Assembly (NCBI GenBank): GCA_965277715.1
Contig: OZ255836.1
Location: 4,032,001-4,096,000 of the forward strand
Direction: 5' to 3'
DNA length: 64,000 nucleotides
DNA from: Gammaproteobacteria bacterium
Lineage (GTDB): Bacteria; Pseudomonadota; Gammaproteobacteria; JBCCGL01
This document shows, piece by piece, positions 1 to 10,592 of the stretch (position 1 is its first letter; each line of letters starts with the position of its first letter). Below the pieces are notes generated by a model, which had not been told where the DNA came from, searched no databases, and saw only the letters and a program-made list of their open reading frames with translations. Both the position numbers and the translations under genes were made by a program.

Positions 1-983
1 TGTGCCTCCATCAATACATTGGGCAGGCCATCCCGGTCACCGTTTGAGGATATTCTGCTCGGCAATACAAATAAATCGGCTTTGCGGTATTGGGCCAATA
101 CATCGGTTTGTGGTAGTGCGCCCAGCCATTCGATGCGCTGTTCCAGTCCAAGTGTCTTCGCCTGGGCTTTGAGTGTGTGTAGCAGTTCGCCGCCGCCAAT
201 ATGGGTGAATCGCCAGTGCAGGTCGGCTGGCAGTGCCGCCAGTGCAGTTAATAGGTAATCGTACCCTTTTTTATTGACTGCACGGCCCACTGATATTAGC
301 CGTACCGGGCTGCCTGGGTCACTGCCATCGTTGTGGGGTACGGCGGCTTGTTTATCCGGGAAGCGGGTGAAATCCAGGCCGTGGTATAGCAGCGTGACCT
401 TATCGCTTTGGTCCACCAGGGCGGCGAGGTGGTCCGCATTGGCGGATGTACAGGTAACAACCCAGGCGGCGCTGGCAATTTTTTGCCTTTTTTCCCAGTC
501 ATCAATTGTCCAGATATCTTTGGCGTGTGCTGAAATACTCCAGGGTTTTTGGTTAATCAGGCTGGCGTAAGCGGTTACGGAGGCAGGGGTATGCATAAAA
601 TGTGCGTAGTAGTGGTTAACCGAATCAGGCATGTCGTGCGCCAATACTAATGCCTGGGCAAACCGGCGCATGCGGCTTGTACTAAAGTCGCGGCGCAAAT
701 CGTGAATAAAGGCCCGTTTTGCCTGTTGGTAACCTGGACGATTGCGCACTTGCCACCAGGCGCGTAGTACACGTGACATGTCATCGGCAAAGTATTCGGG
801 TAAATAGCGGACAGGTGCTTGAATCTCTTCATGGATTGGGTGCTGAGAGGTGTCGGTGGGGCGCCGCAGTGAAAATAGGCAGAGTGAAAAACCACGCAAT
901 TCGAGTGCGCGGATCTCCTGGGCGATAAAGGTCTCTGACAGTCTTGGATAACCTTTCAGTACAATGGCAACAGTGGGTGGCAT
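1..983 (-). CDS. GT4-family (WcaL-like) glycosyltransferase, 3' end outside the window
   Basis: Missing from the ORF track because it runs off the edge. Manual translation from ATG at 983 gives MPPTVAIVLKGYPRLSETFIAQEI...YAHFMHTPA...SAHAKDIW...SVGRAVNKKGYD...DLFVLPS...DRDGLPNVLMEA, typical GT4 motifs. Confidence 0.85.
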   Translation of the reverse strand, partial: MPPTVAIVLKGYPRLSETFIAQEIRALELRGFSLCLFSLRRPTDTSQHPIHEEIQAPVRYLPEYFADDMSRVLRAWWQVRNRPGYQQAKRAFIHDLRRDFSTSRMRRFAQALVLAHDMPDSVNHYYAHFMHTPASVTAYASLINQKPWSISAHAKDIWTIDDWEKRQKIASAAWVVTCTSANADHLAALVDQSDKVTLLYHGLDFTRFPDKQAAVPHNDGSDPGSPVRLISVGRAVNKKGYDYLLTALAALPADLHWRFTHIGGGELLHTLKAQAKTLGLEQRIEWLGALPQTDVLAQYRKADLFVLPSRISSNGDRDGLPNVLMEA

Positions 984-1211
984 TGATCTATCAGTACCTG
1001 TTTTATTTAGCGAAGAAGGGTGTGCGATGTTACACTGCCGCCCGGGTTGGCGCTATTGATCCAGTACTCTGTTTGCCTGGTATTGCAAGGTTTAGCGTAA
1101 CACCCAACGCATTCATTTTACAGGTGGGTTAACTGAACCCATTGAATAAGGTAGACCGGGTAGTCGCTATCCCGGCGTATCCTGTTGGTAAAACACACAA
1201 AGAATCAGCTT

Positions 1212-3917
1212 ATGGAACCCTCGCTCTACCGCTATATATTGCAGCACAGTCGCAACAGTCAGTTTTTGCTGATTGCATTGTCGCTGGTGTCGTTGCCGAT
1301 TGTTTATATCACTTTGGAGCTGCCCAAAAAAATTATCAATATGCTGGAGGGTGAAGATTTACCGAGCGAAATCGTTATTTTGCAAATCGATAATTTTCTG
1401 GGTGTCATTACCGATTATGTGTTGAGCTTTCGCCTCGATCAGCTATTTGGCTGGCAGATTAACCAAACCAGTTACCTGATGTTACTCAGCTTTGCTTTTT
1501 TGTTTGCTGTACTCGTTAACGGTGGCATTAAATTTTACATCAACGTCTATCGTGGTGCCTTGGGTGAGCAGTTGCTGCGGCGCTTTCGCTACACGTTATA
1601 TGAACGTATTTTACGCTTCCCGATCCCCTATTTTAAGCGGGTATCACAGGGTGAGCTAATCCCAATGATTACCGCCGAAACAGAGCCCCTGGGTGAGTTT
1701 ATTGGTGAGTCTTATTCATTGCCGGTATACCAGGGCGGCATACTGTTTACCTATTTGTATTTTATTTTTAAGCAGGATATTTTTTTAGGTATAGCGGCTG
1801 TTTCGCTGTACCCGTTTCAGTTATATGTTATTCCCAAGTTGCAACAGCGGGTTAACCAACTGGCCAAGGAGCGTGTGCGTATGGTACGCAGTTTGTCTGG
1901 GCGTATCGGTGAGACGGTCGCGGGCATCACCGAGGTGCATGCCAATGACACCAGCTATTACGAGCGCGCACAAATAAGCCATCGTCTTGGCATTATTTAC
2001 CAGATTCGTTACGCGATTTACCGGCGCAAATTCTTTATCAAATTCCTCAATAACTTTATTGCCCAGTTAACCCCTTTCTTCTTCTATTCGGTTGGTGGTT
2101 ATTTTGTATTGCGTGGCGATTTATCGATTGGTGCAATGGTGGCCGTGTTAGTGGCGTATAAGGATTTGGCAGGCCCCTGGAAAGAATTGCTGCGCTACTA
2201 CCAACGCAAGGAGGATATCAAGGTCAAGTACACACAGGTAATCGAGCAATTTAACCCGCAGAATATGATTGATGCCAACATTATCGATAACGAGCCGGAT
2301 ACCCTACAGTTACCACAGGGGGTGTTACAGGGAAACAATGTAGGTTATAGCGAGGATGATGTGTATTTTAGTGTCGATAGCGCCAGCTTTAACCTGGGTC
2401 TGGATCAACACATTGCCGCAGTCGGCTTAAGCAATAGTGGCAAGGATGAATTAGCTTGCTTGCTTGCACGGTTGATTAACCCATCCGTGGGAAGTGTCAG
2501 TATTGGTGAGCAGAAACTGGTGGATATACCGGAGGCATTGATTGGTAGACGGCTCGCTTATGTGGGGCAAAATACACACCTGTTCACCGGCTCGGTGCGC
2601 GATAATCTGCTTTACCCTTTAAAGCACCGCCCCATTGCTGAGGCAGATGTAGACGATGACAAAGTGCGTGCTATGCATCGACAGCTGGCAGAACAGTCAG
2701 GTAATTCTATCCACAGCATCGACGATCACTGGGTGGATTATGCTGCCACTGGCGTTGAAGGGGATGCCCAATTCAGGCAGCGGGTTCACCAGCTATTGGT
2801 TACCGTCGAGCTGGATGATGAGATTTACCAATTTGGTTTATTGTCGCAGGTCGATCAATCGCAGAACCTTGATTTGGCGCGGCGCATTATGCAGGCGCGC
2901 CGACAGTTGCGGGATCTGTTGGGTCAGCCGGAGTTTGCCAAGCTTGTCGAACCGTTTGATCAGGATAAATATAATACCAATTTAACTGTGGGTGAGAACC
3001 TGTTATTCGGTACCATCTACGATGGCGCGATCGATACAGACCGGCTGGCCGACAATCCAGCGATTCGTCGTATACTCGATGAGACCAATCTGATCGATGA
3101 CTTTTTCTCTGCCGGTAAACAGATTGCAGAAGTCATGCTCGATTTGTTCTCTGACGTAGAGCCAGACAGTGAGCTCTTTGAGCGCTTCAGTTTTATCAGC
3201 GCCGACGATTTGCCTGAATTTCAGCAATTGCTGATGCACACACGGGATACATCGACGACTTCGATCAGCGAGGAGGATAGAGGGCGCTTATTATCCCTGC
3301 CATTTAAATTGATTATCGCCCGCCACCGTCTGGGTTTAATTAATGAACCGATTCAGCAACGCATACTGCAAGCGCGCAAACGCATTCGTGAAGAGGCTGC
3401 ACAGCACGCCCTGGGCATTGAATTTTTTGATGAAACCCAATACAACCCACGCATTTCAGTACAGGACAATATCCTGTTTGGCAAGCTTGCTTACGGCCAG
3501 GCGAATGCGCAGGCAAAAATTAATAAGCTGATTGCCGATGTTGTCGAGGCTTTATCGTTGCGCAGTGACATTATCGAGGCCGGGTTGGCGTTTGAGGTGG
3601 GTGTCGCCGGTGCGCGTTTATCGTCTACGCAACGGCAAAAGCTGGGCCTGGCACGTTGCCTGATAAAGGCACCGGATGTATTGATCGTCAATGAAGCGAT
3701 GGCGGGTCTGGATACTGCCACTGAGCGCCGGTTAATAAAGCGGGTGCGTGAGCAAATGTCATCACGTGGTATTTTCTGGGTGTTGGCACGGGCGCAGTTG
3801 GCGGAAAATTTTGATCGGGTGATGGTGATGGAGCGGGGTAAGTTGGTTGCCAATGGCTTGTTTGATGAAGTGGCGGCGGACAGTGAACATTTCCAGCGGT
3901 TGGTGGGGGATGAATAA
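1212..3917 (+). CDS. Fused ABC transporter permease/ATP-binding protein with a degenerate, interrupted NBD
   Basis: N-terminal multi-TM ABC membrane domain; Walker A-like GLSNSGKD; signature LSSTQRQK; Walker B-like VLIVNE. Start placed at ATG 1212 (MEPSLYRYI). Confidence 0.8.
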   Translation: MEPSLYRYILQHSRNSQFLLIALSLVSLPIVYITLELPKKIINMLEGEDLPSEIVILQIDNFLGVITDYVLSFRLDQLFGWQINQTSYLMLLSFAFLFAVLVNGGIKFYINVYRGALGEQLLRRFRYTLYERILRFPIPYFKRVSQGELIPMITAETEPLGEFIGESYSLPVYQGGILFTYLYFIFKQDIFLGIAAVSLYPFQLYVIPKLQQRVNQLAKERVRMVRSLSGRIGETVAGITEVHANDTSYYERAQISHRLGIIYQIRYAIYRRKFFIKFLNNFIAQLTPFFFYSVGGYFVLRGDLSIGAMVAVLVAYKDLAGPWKELLRYYQRKEDIKVKYTQVIEQFNPQNMIDANIIDNEPDTLQLPQGVLQGNNVGYSEDDVYFSVDSASFNLGLDQHIAAVGLSNSGKDELACLLARLINPSVGSVSIGEQKLVDIPEALIGRRLAYVGQNTHLFTGSVRDNLLYPLKHRPIAEADVDDDKVRAMHRQLAEQSGNSIHSIDDHWVDYAATGVEGDAQFRQRVHQLLVTVELDDEIYQFGLLSQVDQSQNLDLARRIMQARRQLRDLLGQPEFAKLVEPFDQDKYNTNLTVGENLLFGTIYDGAIDTDRLADNPAIRRILDETNLIDDFFSAGKQIAEVMLDLFSDVEPDSELFERFSFISADDLPEFQQLLMHTRDTSTTSISEEDRGRLLSLPFKLIIARHRLGLINEPIQQRILQARKRIREEAAQHALGIEFFDETQYNPRISVQDNILFGKLAYGQANAQAKINKLIADVVEALSLRSDIIEAGLAFEVGVAGARLSSTQRQKLGLARCLIKAPDVLIVNEAMAGLDTATERRLIKRVREQMSSRGIFWVLARAQLAENFDRVMVMERGKLVANGLFDEVAADSEHFQRLVGDE

Positions 3918-3933
3918 TCTTAATCGCTGTGTT

Positions 3934-4005
3934 TAACCTAAATTCCGCAGTTGAATCTACTGCGACCACCTACTCGCTACGATTCAACTGCGGAATTTAA
4001 GTTTA
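3934..4005. repeat. Palindromic intergenic repeat (CCTAAATTCCGCAGTTGAATC family), copy 1
   Basis: AACCTAAATTCCGCAGTTGAATC...GATTCAACTGCGGAATTTAAGTT inverted pair between convergent genes. Related copies at 16142, 41581, 50851 and 54421. Confidence 0.8.
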
Positions 4006-5601
4006 ACAACCCCACACATCAACTGTTAGTGGCTCATTCCTGGGTCGGTTGTGGTGCCATATCCTGTCGTCCCAGGATACCTGTGCGTTGCGATTAAATA
4101 TCAGCAGGTGTACTTCTGTTGCACCACATTGGTGGGCATAAGCGGTGGCCTGTGCAACACCATCGTCAATCGTTTGTTCCAGGTTTGAGTAGAGAATTTT
4201 TAGTTCCAGTACAATGCGTTGTACCTCGCCGTAAAACCCCTGCACCTCATCGACAGGCCACTCAATATAGAGATCTGTGTACTTACGCCCCAGCGCATAT
4301 TCGCGGTGGATGCGCCCACCACCATTTAATATACGTTGTAAAAATGCCTGTAATATCAGTTGTGGCCCCGCTTCTTTATACGGCAACCCCTGTAACCATA
4401 TATCGGCATTTTCGCGAAAGAATTGTTGGAATTGTGACAGGAGTTTACTCATGTCCAGGTGTTTGTTAGGGGTTACATACCATGACGGATCAGGTGCGAT
4501 GGCATCCTGTATCGGTGCAGTGATTTCACGTGGGATAATTTCCTGATAGATGGCATTGGCAATGCGCAAGTGCGGTTTACGGGTGATCAAACCCAAGTCT
4601 TCCACATATTGCAAATCATCTTCCTGCATAGCGGGGATGCTTGGTTCGCCAGCCAATATAGCGGCAATGACCGTATGTACACGGGCCTCTTTAAGCTTGT
4701 GTGTCAATTGATCAAGGTGTGTCGCACGCGAGCGAATTAAACGCTCGCGTGCTGCCCGATAGCATTCGATGGTAATAGGGGTATTGCGGTTGCGGGCCGC
4801 TTGATCTTTCCAGGTCATCTCATGGCCCAACGCATTGGCCAGCCAGGGTTGCCCCTGGGTGTCCTGCCATAGTGCGGAAAATAAATCAGCGGTAAAAATC
4901 TGGCCGGTTTCCTCTGTGTGTTGCTTATACAATAAACCAACTTCATTTTGGTTTAAGTTATTCATGCGTAGGGATTCAGCCTTGATATTAAATGCGCTCC
5001 CTCCGGTGATGGTTTCCTTGTGGTGGCTATGAATACGGTAATCTCTGATATCACGCACACCACAGAGAATGATGCTTTGTGGAAATGCTGCCGGGCGCTG
5101 GGCATAACCAGCACGAATTTGGCGCAATAGTGAAATCAGCGTATCACCTATCAATGCATCCACTTCATCCAGCATTAGCACAATAGGTTTATCACTCATT
5201 TGTGCCCAGCGGCTGAGCAGTGTGGTCAGCGCGCCGCGTGCCTGGCTATTTGCCAACAGTTCACGTGTCAGTTTTTCCAGGCGTGGTTCAACGTTATATG
5301 TAGTCGCTGTTGCGGCGATTGTTTCACAGACAATGGCAAGGCCGCTTTCTGCGTCATCGCGTGCGGCTTGGGCTGCTTCAATATTGACATAGAGTGTGCT
5401 GTATTTCTCCTCCTGATCGAGCCCCTTCATTATTGCCAGCAATGTGCTGGTTTTACCGGTTTGGCGTGGCGCGTGGAGGATAAAATATTTTTCAGAATCA
5501 ATCAGGTGTTGAACCTCTGCCCAGTCAATGCGTTGCAGCGGGTCTACACAATAGTGCTTGCCCGGGAAAACCGGGCCAGTGGTGTTGAAATGCCTGGGCA
5601 T
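4003..5601 (-). CDS. AAA-type P-loop ATPase with a C-terminal PD-(D/E)XK-like domain
   Basis: Walker A HAPRQTGKTS, Walker B LMLDEVD, C-terminal REYALGRKYTDL...VLELK nuclease-like motif. Confidence 0.75.
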   Translation of the reverse strand: MPRHFNTTGPVFPGKHYCVDPLQRIDWAEVQHLIDSEKYFILHAPRQTGKTSTLLAIMKGLDQEEKYSTLYVNIEAAQAARDDAESGLAIVCETIAATATTYNVEPRLEKLTRELLANSQARGALTTLLSRWAQMSDKPIVLMLDEVDALIGDTLISLLRQIRAGYAQRPAAFPQSIILCGVRDIRDYRIHSHHKETITGGSAFNIKAESLRMNNLNQNEVGLLYKQHTEETGQIFTADLFSALWQDTQGQPWLANALGHEMTWKDQAARNRNTPITIECYRAARERLIRSRATHLDQLTHKLKEARVHTVIAAILAGEPSIPAMQEDDLQYVEDLGLITRKPHLRIANAIYQEIIPREITAPIQDAIAPDPSWYVTPNKHLDMSKLLSQFQQFFRENADIWLQGLPYKEAGPQLILQAFLQRILNGGGRIHREYALGRKYTDLYIEWPVDEVQGFYGEVQRIVLELKILYSNLEQTIDDGVAQATAYAHQCGATEVHLLIFNRNAQVSWDDRIWHHNRPRNEPLTVDVWGC

Positions 5602-5771
5602 GGGATTTTGACTGGTTTGACAGAGTGTTGTTAGTGTAGCACTAAGGAACGGGGAAAAATAAATTTGCGTGAGTTACACAGGTGTTTTTAGTCTTTTGCC
5701 CAATACCCATTGCTAATGCCTCATTCCGGTGATGATCGATCCTGATGCCGTATTCTGTTGGCCTCGGCTCC

Positions 5772-6095
5772 CTACCAGGTCTTTGGTATAAACCCATCCG
5801 TATTAACAATCGCCGCTGAATCCTCTGTGGCGCGAATGGTTAATAAGCCATGCCGTGCAGCCATGCCTCCTGCATCCGAGTCCATGGTTAAATACGCCAT
5901 GCTACCGTACACTTTGTTTGCTGCATAACGCGGCATCCAGGTCTTTAGTTGTGCCAGTTTGTCGATGAAGTGTGTTACATCGCCGGGTCGCCGGGTGGTT
6001 TTTACTTCTACCACCACAATCTCATTGCGGTCAGTCGCTTTGAATTGGCGAGCCGTTTCCTGGAATTGTTGGTTGGTTTCTTGTTGGGAAATCGC
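5772..6095 (-). pseudogene. Remnant of a coiled-coil/PD-(D/E)XK (DUF3782-like) protein with internal deletion
   Basis: Coiled-coil piece QQETNQQFQETARQFKATDR is joined directly to NEIVVVEVKTT...FIDKL...YGSMAYL. The middle of the protein and a proper start are missing. Confidence 0.55.
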
Positions 6096-6282
6096 CAGGC
6101 TGGCAACTAATTATTTAAGTGCATTGTCGGTCATTGGCTTACGTCCTTTGTAGATGGTATAAAGTTGTAGCCTAGCGGTTTGCCAGTTTAGCTTACAAGC
6201 CGACTGATTAAACATAGCTGCATAGTATAGTTGCTCAATTGCGCAACCGATATTAATGCACTGAATCTTAAAAAGGTCTTTT

Positions 6283-6900
6283 ATGGGGACGCCACTTTCA
6301 ATTGGGGTTGTACTTTTTGATGGGTTTGAATTGCTCGATGTATTTGGCCCGTTGGAAATGTTTGGCATGTACCCGGAGAGGTTTTCATTGCGAATGGTCG
6401 CCGAAAACAGCGGTGTGGTTGCCAGTGCGCAGGGGCCTCGATCTGTTGTAGATGCGGTTTTCTCCGACGCTGTGCAGTACGATATATTATTGGTGCCAGG
6501 TGGTCGTGGCACGCGTACCGAGGTGAATAATCCGGTTTTATTGGCATGGTTGCAGGCGCAGGCGAACGGTGCGCAATTTGTTACATCGGTGTGCACCGGC
6601 AGTGCGGTGTTGGCTAAAGCGGGGCTGCTCAACGGGCGCAGAGCGACGGGTAATAAGCTCAACTTTTCGTTTGTCACATCGCAAGGCCCCGATGTCGATT
6701 GGGTAAAAGAGGCTCGCTGGGTTGAAGACGGGAAATTCTTTACATCATCCGGGGTATCTGCCGGGATCGATATGTCACTGGCACTGATTGCTAAAGTGCT
6801 GGGTAAAGACGCTGCCAGGCAGACGGCTGTCTGGGCCGAGTATGAATGGCACGAAGACGCGGGGTGGGATCCTTTTGCCAGGGTTTATGGACTTGTTTAA
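6283..6900 (+). CDS. DJ-1/PfpI family protein
   Basis: FDGFELLDVFGPLE, LVPGGRG, SVCTGS nucleophile elbow, TSSGVSAGID. Confidence 0.9.
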   Translation: MGTPLSIGVVLFDGFELLDVFGPLEMFGMYPERFSLRMVAENSGVVASAQGPRSVVDAVFSDAVQYDILLVPGGRGTRTEVNNPVLLAWLQAQANGAQFVTSVCTGSAVLAKAGLLNGRRATGNKLNFSFVTSQGPDVDWVKEARWVEDGKFFTSSGVSAGIDMSLALIAKVLGKDAARQTAVWAEYEWHEDAGWDPFARVYGLV

Positions 6901-6950
6901 AACGGCTTCACCCAGCAGCAGCACACAACTTAATCATGTGAGTATTCCCG

Positions 6951-8456
6951 ATGCATTTTGTAATTGCGCTGTTTCAGCACGAAACCAATACCTTTTCACC
7001 GATAGAAACGCCCTATGCGGCCTTTGCGGGTACAACCGGGTTGAGCGAGCCGCCCTGCGGTCAGCAGGCGATTGATGCCTATGGCAGTGCAGACTTTGCC
7101 TTCAAAGCGTTTCTTGACCTGGCGGCAGAACAAGGTGCGAGCGTTGTTGTGCCGATAGCCGCGTATGCGGAACCAAGCGGTTATGTGTTCGATGACGCAT
7201 TCGATGCGATTGCCCAGTCGATTTGCGATGCGGTAGCGGCTGGCTGTGATGCGGTATTTCTCGACCTGCACGGCGCGATGGTGACACAGCGCTACAGCGA
7301 TGGCGAAGGCGAACTATTGCGCCAAATCCGCGCCGTAAATCCCACGGTGCCCATCGCTGTGGCGCTCGACTTTCACGCCAATATGAGTGATGCCATTGTC
7401 GAGAACGCCAATGTGGTGACGGGCTATTGCACCTACCCCCATATCGATATGTACGAAACGGGCCTGCGTGCAGGCAAGACATTATTGCGTGCGCTAGCGG
7501 GTGAGTGTGACCCGGTAACGCGATGGCTGCGTGCGCCCATGTTAACCCACATGCTGTTGCAAACACCCGCACGTGAGCCGATGAAATCGATCACAGACCG
7601 GGCGATGCACGCCGAATCCAGTGGTGAAGTGCTTAACGCCTCGGTGTTTGGCGGGTTTCCACTCGCAGATATACCCGAGGCTTGTTTGAGTGCGGTGGTG
7701 GTGGAAGAGCGCAACAGTGGTGCGGCACAGCCACTAATGGATGCTTTGATTAACCAGGCGTGGGCGCGCCGTCGCGATTTTGTGTGGCAGTGTGAGCCTG
7801 TCGAAGTGGGCGTGCGCAAAGCGGCCATATTGGATGATGGCCCGGTTGTCGTCGCTGATCATGGCGACAATACCGGGGCAGGTGGCCCTGCGGATAATGT
7901 TGACGTACTGCGGGAAATGTTGCGGCAGGGTTTGAGTGATATTGCTGTTGCGCCGATATGGGATCCGCAGGCATTGGCCCAGTGCCTACACGCCGGTGAA
8001 GGGGCGAGGCTCACACTGGATATTGGGGGCAAAACCGATAGCCCTGCGCTAAACCTCAAGGCACAGCCGTTACATTTAAGCGGCACGGTTAAACGGATTA
8101 CCGATGGCACTTTCACTATTAGCTGCCCTATGCAAACCGGTCTACGTGTCTGTTTGGGGGCGACCGTGGTGTTTGCCACTGAGCAGGCGGATATCCTTAT
8201 CAGTGCCCACCGCTGGGAGCCTTACGATGTGGGGTGCCTGACACATGCCGGTATCGACGTGACGGAGAAACACTATATATTGGTTAAGTCGCGGCAGCAT
8301 TTTCGCGCAGGTTTTGAAGCCATCGCAAAACATATTGTGCTGGTCGATGGGCCGGGTGTGTGCAGTTCTGACTACAATCGCTTTCCCTTTAAGCGCCTTT
8401 CACGGCCTATCTATCCGTTGGATGAGGCGATGCAGTTTGGTCTATCTATAGAATGA
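6951..8456 (+). CDS. M81 family metallopeptidase (MlrC-like)
   Basis: HETNTFS, LDLHGAM, LDFHAN, YPHID and DNTGAGG motifs. Confidence 0.9.
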   Translation: MHFVIALFQHETNTFSPIETPYAAFAGTTGLSEPPCGQQAIDAYGSADFAFKAFLDLAAEQGASVVVPIAAYAEPSGYVFDDAFDAIAQSICDAVAAGCDAVFLDLHGAMVTQRYSDGEGELLRQIRAVNPTVPIAVALDFHANMSDAIVENANVVTGYCTYPHIDMYETGLRAGKTLLRALAGECDPVTRWLRAPMLTHMLLQTPAREPMKSITDRAMHAESSGEVLNASVFGGFPLADIPEACLSAVVVEERNSGAAQPLMDALINQAWARRRDFVWQCEPVEVGVRKAAILDDGPVVVADHGDNTGAGGPADNVDVLREMLRQGLSDIAVAPIWDPQALAQCLHAGEGARLTLDIGGKTDSPALNLKAQPLHLSGTVKRITDGTFTISCPMQTGLRVCLGATVVFATEQADILISAHRWEPYDVGCLTHAGIDVTEKHYILVKSRQHFRAGFEAIAKHIVLVDGPGVCSSDYNRFPFKRLSRPIYPLDEAMQFGLSIE

Positions 8457-10474
8457 ATAAGCCCGTCAATTACCTTTCACATATCTGGATTCCGATGCCA
8501 GATGGGGCGCGTTTGGGCGCCCGCGTTTGGCGCCCGGAAAATGCAGATATGCACCCGGTTCCCGCCATTCTTGAATACATTCCCTATCGAAAAGATGACT
8601 ACACCGTTGTGCGTGATGCAACCACACACCCCTATCTGGCTACCCACGGTTACGCGTGTGTGCGTGTGGACATGCGCGGTGCAGGCAGTTCAGACGGTGT
8701 ATTAATGGACGAGTATTCCGAGCAGGAAATGCAGGATGGTGAAGACGTGATTAAATGGATCGCACAACAAAACTGGTGCGATGGCAATATCGGGATGATC
8801 GGTATTTCCTGGGGAGGGATTACTGGGTTACAAATGTCCAGCCGCAATGCTGACCACTTGAAAGCGGTTGTTGCATTGGGCGCCACTGAATTTCGCTACT
8901 ACGATGATGCCGGGTATTACCTCGGTTGTATGGTTGGGCAGACTATCGGCTGGGCCGCCATAATGTTTGGCTACAACACCCGCCCACCAGACCCACTACT
9001 GTACGGCGACAAATGGCGCGACTTGTGGATGGCGCGGCTTGATACCGCGCCGATGTACCTCGGGCTGTGGCTTGAACATCAGCGCGAAGATGACTACTGG
9101 CTGCGCGGCACCGTCGGCAGTGATTATTCGGCTATCAGGATTCCGGTTTACGCGGTGAGTGGCCATGTCGATTGCTGGCCGAATACCGTGTCCCGCCTGC
9201 TGGAGAATCTGTCCTGCCCGCGTAAAGGTTTACAGGGTGCGTGGTCGCACCGCTACCCACAAATGGCTATTCCCGGCCCTGGTATTGGGTTTATGCAGGA
9301 AGTTGTGCGCTGGTTTGATCATTGGCTGAAAGGCAGGGAAAACGGCGTTGACGCTGAACCGATGTACCGCGTGTATATGCAAGGCAGCGTGCGCCCGCAA
9401 CGCTACTACGAAAATCGCCCTGGCCGCTGGATTAGCGAAGCCACCTGGCCGTCTGATCAAGTCGCCAACCGGATCTTTTATTTTGGTGACAACACATTAC
9501 TCAACCAACACACAGCGGGGCGGCACACAGCGGCAGGCGTGCAACCGATTTGCTCGCCGCAAACGGTTGGCTTGGCGGGGGGTGAGTATATGCCCTGGTT
9601 TGCGTTTGGTCCGGGCGATGAGTTGGCGGGTGATCAGCAAATCGAAGATGCCGGGTCACAGGTATTTGATACCGGGCCACTTAATGAAATGCTCTCGATA
9701 CTCGGTAACCCCAAAGTCGTCGTCGATATTTCCAGCGATCAACCACAGGCGTTACTGGCCGCCCGTATTTGTGATGTCTGGCCGGATGGTGCAAGTACAT
9801 TGATCACCCGTGGTGTGCTTAATTTAAGCCAGCGCGACAGTAAACAAACACCGGATGTACTGGTGCCGGGGCAGCGGTATCGTGTTGAAATATCGTTGAA
9901 TCACATCGCCTATGAAGTGCCACCAGGGCATCGGTTGCGGGTCGCTTTGTCTACCAGTTACTGGCCCATCGCGTGGCCAGCGCCGCGTGCGGCAACGGTA
10001 TCGATTTATGCCGCATCCAGTCAATTGCAGCTGCCGCTGCGTAGCCCAAACGCTATCGATGCACCCGCTCCCGATTTTGCGGGGCCCGAAGTAATGCACA
10101 GCGATGCGGTCGAGTACCTGCGCGCCCACAGGGAGAACCGCCATTGGCGAACTGACCGGGAAAGTGGTGAATCGGTGCTCGAAATTAAAACAGACAATGG
10201 CCGTCAACGGTATCGGGAGACAGGGCTAGAATTGGACTCAAACAGCTTACAGCGCTACAGCATTTGCCCTGATGATCCATTGTCTGCGACAGCGCACTAC
10301 CAATGGCGCTGGTCGTATCAACGGGCTGATTGGCATGTCACAACACAATCGACAATCACGATGAGCTGCTCAGAGACAACATTTAATGTGATTGCGGAGA
10401 TCATCGCATGGGAGGATGGCGAAGCGGTTTTTCGTAAAAGCTGGGATAAAAAATACCCCAGAGATCATTTTTAG
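8453..10474 (+). CDS. CocE/NonD family (S15) serine hydrolase
   Basis: IPMPDGARLGAR, EYIPYRK, VDMRGAGSSDG, GISWGG nucleophile, C-terminal PepX-like domain; start overlaps the upstream stop. Confidence 0.9.
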   Translation: MNKPVNYLSHIWIPMPDGARLGARVWRPENADMHPVPAILEYIPYRKDDYTVVRDATTHPYLATHGYACVRVDMRGAGSSDGVLMDEYSEQEMQDGEDVIKWIAQQNWCDGNIGMIGISWGGITGLQMSSRNADHLKAVVALGATEFRYYDDAGYYLGCMVGQTIGWAAIMFGYNTRPPDPLLYGDKWRDLWMARLDTAPMYLGLWLEHQREDDYWLRGTVGSDYSAIRIPVYAVSGHVDCWPNTVSRLLENLSCPRKGLQGAWSHRYPQMAIPGPGIGFMQEVVRWFDHWLKGRENGVDAEPMYRVYMQGSVRPQRYYENRPGRWISEATWPSDQVANRIFYFGDNTLLNQHTAGRHTAAGVQPICSPQTVGLAGGEYMPWFAFGPGDELAGDQQIEDAGSQVFDTGPLNEMLSILGNPKVVVDISSDQPQALLAARICDVWPDGASTLITRGVLNLSQRDSKQTPDVLVPGQRYRVEISLNHIAYEVPPGHRLRVALSTSYWPIAWPAPRAATVSIYAASSQLQLPLRSPNAIDAPAPDFAGPEVMHSDAVEYLRAHRENRHWRTDRESGESVLEIKTDNGRQRYRETGLELDSNSLQRYSICPDDPLSATAHYQWRWSYQRADWHVTTQSTITMSCSETTFNVIAEIIAWEDGEAVFRKSWDKKYPRDHF

Positions 10475-10592
10475 ATGTGCATTGGTCTGTGGGCTTTAAC
10501 GTTGTTGTCGCCCGATAATTGGGTTAGTCTGAACCAAGTCGATTTTTCGATCAGCCATGAAATAAACAATAGTGAAATGAGGGGGATTACAA

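Noticed and set aside
6111-6677. 188-aa minus-strand ORF; KPMTDNALK tail as an integrase remnant
   Set aside because: It is the antisense shadow of the DJ-1/PfpI gene, and the motif is too short to support a call.
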